Source: a virus (lineage: Duplodnaviria; Caudoviricetes). Taken from it: a DNA stretch of 32,290 nucleotides. The stretch lies in IMG/VR virus record IMGVR_UViG_3300017777_002275, positions 1 to 32,290 of that record; one strand, given 5' to 3'. Below are positions 23,855 through 31,118 of this stretch, piece after piece (position 1 is the stretch's first letter; each line of letters starts with the position of its first letter). The translations under genes were made by a program, and so were the position numbers. The notes below the pieces were generated by a model. The model had not been told where the DNA came from, ran no database searches, and worked only from the letters and a program-made list of their open reading frames with translations.

Positions 23855-26535
23855 GACTTCTTGGGAGTTGGATCGGGGACAGGGATCACCCTTTGGCTCA
23901 CAACCTTGCCGTCCTTGATCTTGCGCAGCATCTTCATCTTCTTGGGCTTGCCCATAGCCGCTTCCTTGACCGTCTTCTTTCCCTGCGCTTTGTCTGCAAG
24001 CGTCCACTTCATGCGGCGGTTCTGCTGTGCGTGACGCTTGCGCTTCTCGGCTTCTTCACCCTTACGAGCATTTGAAGCCGATTGAGCAGCAGCAGCAAGT
24101 TCTGCTGCGGTAGAGGTCATCCACCACGGCTTCTTCTGCTCCTGCTCCTGCATGGGTTTCTTCTTCTTGGCACGGAGCATGGCGAAGTCCTGTGAGTCAA
24201 GTCGCTTGTTCTTGTTCACATCAAGTCGCTTCTGACCGCCGATGAGGGCTTCTTCTACTGGCTTCTTCTTCGCACGGAGCAGTTTGAAGTCCTGTGAGTC
24301 AAGACGCTTGTTCTTGTTTACATCCAGTTTCTTCTGTCCGCCGATGAGGGCTTCCTTTACAACCTTGTGACCAGGAACAGTGATGCTGCCGTACTCGCCA
24401 ACATCAACCACATAGCCACCGCCGTGCTGCTGTGCCTTCCCGCTGCCGCCGCTGTCGAGGCGAACAATCTTGCCCTTTACCATCTTGCCCTTGTGGGGAA
24501 CCTTCACTCTGTCTCCCGCCTTGAGCATTTCTTCAATCTGCTCTGCGCCTTCCTTTACAACTTTGCCGCCCTTACCGTACATTTTCTTGGCGAAAAATTC
24601 ATTACGATCTTTGGACAGGATACTGTTGTACTTTTTCTTTGCTGCGGGTTGATCGCCAACTTTGTTGCGTATCTTGCTGGCAACCGTATCCAACTTTCCT
24701 TGCATTTCCTTGACTCGCTCAGGTGTCTGTGCCATCTCTTCAATCTGCTCGGCTTCTTCCTTGACCATGACTTGCCATCCACTAGAGGAATCCGATGCAA
24801 TGTAAGCACGAGAACGACCTTTGGCGTAAATAGAATTACCGTCATCGTCTGTGGTGAGGAACTTGTATCCCTTGGACTTCAACCAAGTGTTAGCATCAGT
24901 CTCTTTGTCGAATTCTGATCCCGACTTTCTCCATGTCCCACTCCCCATTTGCTTCCGAACCTCGGTCAATTTCTCGGCTTCTTCCTTCACTACCTTGCCG
25001 CCGCGACCGTACAGTTTAGACGAAGCGTATTCCTTCTGGTCTTTCTTGATCAGGCGGCGCGAAACAGCATCGTATTTGGCTTCCTGCTTGCGTCCACGAG
25101 CAGCAGCCTTGCCGCTCTTGTTCATCTTGGCAGAGTATCCGCGTGAAGCCTTGTCTTCGGCACGCTGAATCGCGTGTTCCATGTCGCGCTCACGGGCAGG
25201 AGTCTGTATGTCTTCCTCAATGGTGTCGCCGTCAGCCTCTGTGCCTTCAGGAACAAGGCTCAACTTGGGCTGGAGGCTGGACTGCACGGAGTAGAATCCG
25301 TTGTCCGAAACGCTCACGTTCACCGTGAGAGTGTACTCCGAGAACCCGCTCATGGGGTTCGCTCTGCCGTCCATACGAACTTCGCCTGTGTACGCGTCAA
25401 CACCGTCCACCCGACCAAACTTTACCACATCAAGGGTGAACACTCCGGTGTTGCCTTCTTGCCACTTCCACGGAGTCCATTGGAAGTCCAGCATGAACAG
25501 GTTCAGGCGTGTGCGGATGCGAGTCATGGCTTCCGAAGTGTGCTGATAGGTGTACCGACTAAGAGCGGTCAGGACTCCGTTGATCTTTGCAAGGCGATCC
25601 GCGTCGTACTTTACCGGCTCCACGTCGGTGTCCACGCCACGATTGGGGTAGCCAGTGAGCACTTCGCTGTACTCGCTCTCGTTTAGTGCCGATTCCTTTA
25701 CTGCCTTCTTGTCCTTTGTGCCCTCAAGTTTGTCACGCAGTTTTCGTGCACGGTGACGGGATTTTTCTCGCGCATCACTGGTCTTTCCGCTGGTTCCGTA
25801 TCCAAGTTCTTCCTGCAAACGGAAGAAGGTCTTGCCTTCGCTCACGCTCTTCCATCCACCGCCGTGTTCGTTGTACCACTTCACTGCCCATCCGTTGGCG
25901 TAAGCAGAGGGGTACACCTTGAACTTGGCGCGAGCCTTGGATTTGGCTTGCGACCACAGATCAGGCTTCGTGGGCTTGTTGGCTTCCAGTAGTTCTGCCG
26001 CTGTTTCGTGGAGCAGCAGTTCTGCAATGGTGTCCTCGTTGGGCTGTTCAAACGACTCTTCCATGTCTTCCACCTTCTGCTTGCCCATTGTCTGCTTGAA
26101 CGCGTTGTACAGGGTGGGGTTGCCCGTGATCTTGCCCACCATCGAGTCCAGTAGGTCGATCATTAGTTCACGGTACGCCTTCACTGTTGCCATGCTCTTG
26201 GCTTTGGACTTGCTAGACAGGGCACGACGTGCCACCATGATGTCCTTCTTTGGCACTAGCCCACTGCGGAGCAGGGTCTTTGTGCGCTCTTCGCCCACGT
26301 CTTCGGTGACAGGCTCGCGCACAAGGTTCTGACGCACGGCAGCGTACAGTGCTTTGCTGTTCAAAATGCGGTCCATGATGTCCACAAGAATGTCCTGCAT
26401 GAGGGTACGGTACGCAGGGTTGCTCATTGCCTTGTCTGGCTGCTGCAACAACATGGTGGCTCTGCGCACGTTGTTCTTGCTTACGAGTCCCAGCCGAAGC
26501 AGGCTGCTGAGTTTGTTTACCATGTTGCTTTCCAT
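23851..26535 (-). CDS. Large modular Lys/Glu-rich virion protein, putative polyprotein
   Basis: AAGGAG SD and CTAAATA (26561-26567). Contains a duplicated N-terminal helical domain, a DUF5872-like PSAYANGW module, two QTP...YGxGGKVVKE modules, an SH3-like module and two EF-hand-like repeats, joined by VKE/IEE/LTE linkers. Confidence 0.8.
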   Translation of the reverse strand: MESNMVNKLSSLLRLGLVSKNNVRRATMLLQQPDKAMSNPAYRTLMQDILVDIMDRILNSKALYAAVRQNLVREPVTEDVGEERTKTLLRSGLVPKKDIMVARRALSSKSKAKSMATVKAYRELMIDLLDSMVGKITGNPTLYNAFKQTMGKQKVEDMEESFEQPNEDTIAELLLHETAAELLEANKPTKPDLWSQAKSKARAKFKVYPSAYANGWAVKWYNEHGGGWKSVSEGKTFFRLQEELGYGTSGKTSDAREKSRHRARKLRDKLEGTKDKKAVKESALNESEYSEVLTGYPNRGVDTDVEPVKYDADRLAKINGVLTALSRYTYQHTSEAMTRIRTRLNLFMLDFQWTPWKWQEGNTGVFTLDVVKFGRVDGVDAYTGEVRMDGRANPMSGFSEYTLTVNVSVSDNGFYSVQSSLQPKLSLVPEGTEADGDTIEEDIQTPARERDMEHAIQRAEDKASRGYSAKMNKSGKAAARGRKQEAKYDAVSRRLIKKDQKEYASSKLYGRGGKVVKEEAEKLTEVRKQMGSGTWRKSGSEFDKETDANTWLKSKGYKFLTTDDDGNSIYAKGRSRAYIASDSSSGWQVMVKEEAEQIEEMAQTPERVKEMQGKLDTVASKIRNKVGDQPAAKKKYNSILSKDRNEFFAKKMYGKGGKVVKEGAEQIEEMLKAGDRVKVPHKGKMVKGKIVRLDSGGSGKAQQHGGGYVVDVGEYGSITVPGHKVVKEALIGGQKKLDVNKNKRLDSQDFKLLRAKKKPVEEALIGGQKRLDVNKNKRLDSQDFAMLRAKKKKPMQEQEQKKPWWMTSTAAELAAAAQSASNARKGEEAEKRKRHAQQNRRMKWTLADKAQGKKTVKEAAMGKPKKMKMLRKIKDGKVVSQRVIPVPDPTPKKS
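24160..24355 (-). repeat. 102-bp direct repeat (34 aa, EF-hand-like)
   Basis: GATGAGGGCTTC at 24241 and 24343; EALIGGQKxLDVNKNKRLDSQDFxxLRAKKK twice. Confidence 0.9.
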
Positions 26536-26559
26536 TTTTGATTGTCTCCTTGGTGTCTA

Positions 26560-27597
26560 TTATTTAGACTTCTTGATGTTCGCGTGCGTGGCACGTTTGG
26601 GGGTATTTCCCGTTCCTTGAGGGTTTCCGCCCTGTATCCTGCGCTTTTGGCGCACTGCGGCTTTCCGCTCACCCGTGCCCATCTCTCCCACCGTTTCGGG
26701 TGTTTTGCTGCTTACCTTGTGAAGCGGACGGCACTTGGGGTACGCCCCCTTGGACGCATCAGCCCGACCGCAGGGCGCGTAGCCACCGTCCTTGCCCTTG
26801 CGTGAGATGTCTACCCACTTCTCGCGGAACCACCTGCCCAAGTCTTCGTCAATCTTGCAGGGTGGGGTGGGGAACCGTTTATTGTGCTTGGAGAAGCCTC
26901 CGGTCTGTCCAGGAGTGGGCGGTCGCCGCTTGTACTTGTCGCTCTCCAGCAGCCGAATGGCAGCACAGCGGTAGATGTTTGAGTAGTCTGCGCCCTCTTT
27001 CACCACCAGTGCCGCTGCCAGTTCATCAAACAGCGCACGCACGTCTCGCGTGTTTGCTCGACGGGGCATGGCTCCTGCGAATTTATCAAACTCGCCGTCT
27101 GCAACTGCTTTGCGTAGTTTGCTGCCGCTCATGCCCTGCACACCTTCTGCATCCGGATCGCGCTTGCCTGCTTCCAAAAAGTCGATGGACTGTAGTGGAA
27201 TGTGCGTGGTTGCCTTGGGATCCAAAAACCGTCTAAACTTTTTGTACTCCGCGAAACGGTCTTCGCCGCTCACCAACCACACTTTCCGGTATCCCATTTC
27301 TGCTAAATAGGCAAGCATATCGACAGGGGTTTTGATTTTCTCGGAGTCAATGAAGTTGCCGTCAGGGAAGAACTTCTTGAGGTAGTGAAACTTGCGGTGG
27401 GCAGGCAGTGGGTTGCGTTTCTTGTCGTGGGTTCTGCTGCTGAACATCGCGTAGTCCACACCCATTGACTTTGCGTATGAGATAACCTTGTCTACCAACA
27501 GTTGGTGCCCTGACGTTGGTGGCTGGAAGCGTCCGAAGGCTACAACAATGGCTTTCGCCTTGTCTCCGGTCGCTGATGATTTAGAGTTTCTAGCCAC
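26560..27597 (-). CDS. HIGH-superfamily nucleotidyltransferase (cytidylyl-/NMN adenylyl-transferase-like) with DUF5872-like C-terminal extension
   Basis: VVAFGRFQPPTSGH, KKRNPL, VSGEDR and GMSGSKLR; C-terminal LGRWFREKWVD...CGR...YPKCRP. Confidence 0.83.
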   Translation of the reverse strand: MARNSKSSATGDKAKAIVVAFGRFQPPTSGHQLLVDKVISYAKSMGVDYAMFSSRTHDKKRNPLPAHRKFHYLKKFFPDGNFIDSEKIKTPVDMLAYLAEMGYRKVWLVSGEDRFAEYKKFRRFLDPKATTHIPLQSIDFLEAGKRDPDAEGVQGMSGSKLRKAVADGEFDKFAGAMPRRANTRDVRALFDELAAALVVKEGADYSNIYRCAAIRLLESDKYKRRPPTPGQTGGFSKHNKRFPTPPCKIDEDLGRWFREKWVDISRKGKDGGYAPCGRADASKGAYPKCRPLHKVSSKTPETVGEMGTGERKAAVRQKRRIQGGNPQGTGNTPKRATHANIKKSK

Positions 27598-27600
27598 TAA

Positions 27601-27611
27601 GGATCACCTCC
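27601..27611 (-). promoter_or_regulatory. Extended Shine-Dalgarno GGAGGTGATCC
   Basis: An 11-nt perfect complement to the conserved 16S rRNA 3' segment GGAUCACCUCC, ending 3 nt before the GTG start. Confidence 0.75.
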
Positions 27612-27649
27612 CCGCAGTGTCTCAGGACACCAACTGTTGGTCAGACAAG

Positions 27650-28849
27650 TTATTTCTTCCAGTCTTTCTGGAGTGTAAAGTTAGTTCGTGAGAATTCTAA
27701 ACGGTCTACAAGTTTGATTGCGCTGTTGCTCATACGATCAATTGCTACGAATCCTTCCGGAGCAGTGACACGGTATCCACTGCCTTGACGAACAAAAGAC
27801 GACACTTCTGATTCTATCTTGCTCATCTTGTCCAGCACTGCCATCTTTACTTTGCCCAACGCATTATGTAGGGCAAACAGGCGATTGAACTGGTTGCGGT
27901 GTTTGCGAATGGTTTCGTACACGGGAACAGTTTTGTTTGACGGCTTCTTGCGGGTAGCCTCTGCTTTGCCCTGTACGAAATGGGCAAAGCCGTCTGCGTC
28001 ACCAGTGGTTTTACCTGAACGCACTTGAGAGTTGATGTACTCTTTCAATCGCATACGCAAGCCGTCTTCTCGCGCGAGCACGGCAAACAGGGTCTTCAGA
28101 TCCTTTGCCTTGGCTTCCAAGTTCACAAGCGCGGCAGTGATGGTTGCTCGGTCACTGTCTGCGAACAGCCCTGCGCCGTTCACCATCCGCATGGTGGCAT
28201 TGTCGTACCACACATCACGAGTCTTGCGCAGCCCACTCAGATCCGGATTGAATCGAGCAGTGAGTGTTTGAATGGAGTCGCCTTCGTAAGCGGTATGGAA
28301 CACGATGCCCATCTGTGCCACTGCCATTCGCCCTGCCAGTTTGGACTTGGTTTCCACTGCGTAGGTAATGGTGTTTGGTTGAAACACAATGTACCGCTTG
28401 CCGTCAATGGTTTCTCGCTTGAGTGAAGACTTGTCGAACAAGAGATCGCCCTGTAGAATTCCAGTGATACCCAATTTAGGCAGGTGCTTCAGGGCAATCT
28501 TTAGTTTCTCGTTCAGACCAGGCGACGGGTGGTTCTCGTCAATGTCCGCGTTCGTGAAGTTTAGTTTGGGTGTCACGTTGAACACACTCTTCGTGCCCAC
28601 AAAGAAGCGTCCGCTTTGGGGATCAATACCGCAGATGATTGCGGGTGCGCCATCCCACTTCACCGTGATGTCGTAGTTCGTGGGAGCGTTTGCACGAAGG
28701 GTGTCCATGATGCCAAGCACGGCATTTGCTGCGGCTCGGAACCCTGCGTATCCACTGTTGATGATCTCGTCCTCTAGGTGCTCTAGGTGGAGATTCTTGC
28801 CAGTGGAAGACTTTACGCCTTCAAGTAGATGTTGCTTGAATCGGTTCAT
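27650..28849 (-). CDS. Ligase-like (KxDG) nucleotidyltransferase-fold protein, DUF6267-like
   Basis: NLHLEHLED, TVKWDGAP, QGDLLF, PEGFV and IKLVDR. N-terminus MNRFKQHLLE; CTACATA motif 8 nt before the ATG. Confidence 0.75.
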   Translation of the reverse strand: MNRFKQHLLEGVKSSTGKNLHLEHLEDEIINSGYAGFRAAANAVLGIMDTLRANAPTNYDITVKWDGAPAIICGIDPQSGRFFVGTKSVFNVTPKLNFTNADIDENHPSPGLNEKLKIALKHLPKLGITGILQGDLLFDKSSLKRETIDGKRYIVFQPNTITYAVETKSKLAGRMAVAQMGIVFHTAYEGDSIQTLTARFNPDLSGLRKTRDVWYDNATMRMVNGAGLFADSDRATITAALVNLEAKAKDLKTLFAVLAREDGLRMRLKEYINSQVRSGKTTGDADGFAHFVQGKAEATRKKPSNKTVPVYETIRKHRNQFNRLFALHNALGKVKMAVLDKMSKIESEVSSFVRQGSGYRVTAPEGFVAIDRMSNSAIKLVDRLEFSRTNFTLQKDWKK

Positions 28850-28872
28850 ACGCCTAATATGTAGGCTTTATT

Positions 28873-29559
28873 TCAGGCTGTGATCTGTGGCTGTTCGCGT
28901 CTGTACACGCGTATTGCGTCCACAAGGGGAGGAATCCAGTCCCGAGTTTCACTTTCAAATACTCGGCATTCCCCTGTGGACTCCACGCCCATGATGATTG
29001 TGATGCGGGGAATTGCTTCGCCTGTGCGGTCCTGCCACATAAGGGAGTACGCAGTGGCTTGCATGAAGTAGTCTGAAATATCTGACTGACTCTTGGGGTT
29101 GTTGGACGACTTGAAGTCAATTACAGACAGGTTGCCGTTGTACTCGCCAATACAGTCCACTCTGCCTGCAAGCCCCACACGGGTAGACCACAGGGGGACT
29201 TCGATTGCCCGAACCGGATCAATACAGTCAATGTACTGCTGCATGGAGCAGAACATATCCCATTCAGGAGTGGCTTCACGGCACGACTTGCGGTACTGCT
29301 CCTCGCTCATCTCGTTTCGGATGTACGACTCGATGATGCTGTGTAGGTTTGTGCCACGGCGCAGAACCCGTTGGGATTCTTCCGGATTGTCACGCCTCCA
29401 CTTTGCAAAGAACGCACGCTTCTTCCACCCTGTTACGGTGGTCACAGACGGAAACACACCATCAGGCGTGGAGTACTTGCGCCCATCAACAGCAGTCTCT
29501 GCGGTGATGCTCTCACTCAATGCCACCGACGGCGGCACATGACGAAATCGTTTGATCAT
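28873..29559 (-). CDS. PD-(D/E)XK / Cas4-like exonuclease
   Basis: PSVTTV, RGTNLH, EVPL, AGRVDCI, IDFKSS and YFMQATAY. Confidence 0.88.
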   Translation of the reverse strand: MIKRFRHVPPSVALSESITAETAVDGRKYSTPDGVFPSVTTVTGWKKRAFFAKWRRDNPEESQRVLRRGTNLHSIIESYIRNEMSEEQYRKSCREATPEWDMFCSMQQYIDCIDPVRAIEVPLWSTRVGLAGRVDCIGEYNGNLSVIDFKSSNNPKSQSDISDYFMQATAYSLMWQDRTGEAIPRITIIMGVESTGECRVFESETRDWIPPLVDAIRVYRREQPQITA

Positions 29560-29741
29560 TCTTCGGGCGTTTCTTCAATCTGTTCGTGACCATCAGGCAG
29601 ACCCGACCGCGTGTCTTCGGGGGTCTGCTGTTTGGGCAGTGGGCTTTGGTTTCGGTCCTGCCACCGCTTTGCGTCTCGCCAAGCGGGTGTGTTCTCTTGG
29701 TTCTGCTTCAGCCACAGTAGGTAATCGCGCATTCCTGCCAT
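29556..29741 (-). CDS. Small hypothetical protein (61 aa)
   Basis: GGGGAGG SD before ATG 29741 and an ATACATA motif at 29756-29762 (-); ATGA overlap with the exonuclease start. Confidence 0.65.
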   Translation of the reverse strand: MAGMRDYLLWLKQNQENTPAWRDAKRWQDRNQSPLPKQQTPEDTRSGLPDGHEQIEETPEE

Positions 29742-29754
29742 ACAGTCCTCCCCT

Positions 29755-30588
29755 TTATGTATCGGTGTCTGGTGTACTCTTGCCCAACAAGTCTGATATA
29801 ACACTGGCGTAACCATTTATGAATTCGGTAGTTTTACTAATGTATTCGCTGCCTGAATTCACAAATGCGCTGTAAACAGCCGTGCGAAACGGATGCGGAT
29901 CAGTGAGCAGCACCAGTGTGGGCAGTACCAGTTGCGTAGCCGCTTCTGCGAAACACGAGCGGCGCAGGTCAAAGCCTTGTCCCCGTTCGTGTTGTAGTGC
30001 GTTCAGTATAGCCGCTGCGTGGCTGTAGTACTCGCGCAGAGTAGCAGTCTGTACACTGTCAATGTGTGTGGTCACGGCTTCTGTAAGAGCGTACACACCA
30101 CGGATGCCTGCGCCAGAGGTTTCGTACATGAACTCTTCGTGCACAGAAGCCCACTCCAGTGGACGGGTCATGCGGCGGATGTCACGGAGAAGAGGTTGGC
30201 TTTCGTAGAACTCTAGTTTGTTGGTGCCTTGGCGCAGCAGTACCCTGTTGTGAACTGCTTGGGCAAGAGTGCAGACCTCTGCTGCACTTTTACGGTGTTC
30301 GCGTCCTTCCACGAACACTGCTTGACCGTTTCCTGTCCAACACCGATGGAGTCTGTGTACTTGCGGCTGAAACAGTGCGCGTGTGTTGTTGCAGTGAAGG
30401 TGAAGCACACACGGCGAGTACCGTTCACACAGGGACTCCACGGCAGCGGTCAACACCGAGAAACGGTCTTTGCCCCTGGCAGTCACACACAGCGTATGAG
30501 TATGCACAGGATGAGATAGGGAGAACTGGATCTGTACTCCGTCTGCCTCTAGTTTTCCGCCGTCACGAGTTTTTTCATGGTGTATCAT
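29755..30588 (-). CDS. Hypothetical protein
   Basis: 277-aa ORF filling the gap within a co-oriented gene run; no recognised motif. Confidence 0.65.
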   Translation of the reverse strand: MIHHEKTRDGGKLEADGVQIQFSLSHPVHTHTLCVTARGKDRFSVLTAAVESLCERYSPCVLHLHCNNTRALFQPQVHRLHRCWTGNGQAVFVEGREHRKSAAEVCTLAQAVHNRVLLRQGTNKLEFYESQPLLRDIRRMTRPLEWASVHEEFMYETSGAGIRGVYALTEAVTTHIDSVQTATLREYYSHAAAILNALQHERGQGFDLRRSCFAEAATQLVLPTLVLLTDPHPFRTAVYSAFVNSGSEYISKTTEFINGYASVISDLLGKSTPDTDT

Positions 30589-30599
30589 TGGGGGGTCTT

Positions 30600-31118
30600 T
30601 CAGCGTCTACGGGGTCGTAACCCCAAAGATGCGCGTTTGCGGAGGGATATCTTGCGCTTACGAGCGGCTTGTGAGCGTTTGCGCTTGCTCTTTCTGGAAG
30701 CAAGGCGAGCGCGTAGTTTCATTTTGCGTAGTTGTGAACCAGGACGACGAACACAGGTGCGGGATCCTTTTTTCATCATGCCTGGTCCGCACTTGAAAAT
30801 GAGTTTACGCTTGCCCTTGCGCACCACGATCTTTCGTTTCGCGGTGGCTTCATCCAGTACTTCACCGTGAATGCAAACAGACTCTTCCAAATCGTCTTCG
30901 TCAAACGACAGTTCTGCTTCAAACACAGGATCTTCCACCACGATTACATCGCCGTCTTCGTGCCATGCCACACCGTTCTCTTCCAAATACTCGATGAGTG
31001 TTTCACGGGTGAACTCGGGAAGATCAATTGTGATGCGGTCTTCCTGCAATTGCGCACCTGCTGATTCCAGCAGTTGCCGTTCTTTTGCTTCTGTGAGTAT
31101 TTGGAGAAACGATTTCAT
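30600..31118 (-). CDS. Prohead core protein, T4 gp68-like
   Basis: Acidic N-terminal half with MKSFLQILTE and L-x-E sites. The extremely basic C-terminus AARKRKISLRKRASLGL resembles the gp68 C-terminus as recalled. Confidence 0.6.
   Translation of the reverse strand: MKSFLQILTEAKERQLLESAGAQLQEDRITIDLPEFTRETLIEYLEENGVAWHEDGDVIVVEDPVFEAELSFDEDDLEESVCIHGEVLDEATAKRKIVVRKGKRKLIFKCGPGMMKKGSRTCVRRPGSQLRKMKLRARLASRKSKRKRSQAARKRKISLRKRASLGLRPRRR

Noticed and set aside
27601-27611. GGATCACCTCC as a 16S rRNA fragment
   Set aside because: The match is only 11 nt and is positioned as the SD of the minus-strand gene, with no flanking rRNA sequence.
28873-29559. Cas4-like nuclease as part of a CRISPR-Cas system
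   Set aside because: It is a stand-alone PD-(D/E)XK exonuclease common in T4-like phages; there is no array or other cas gene.
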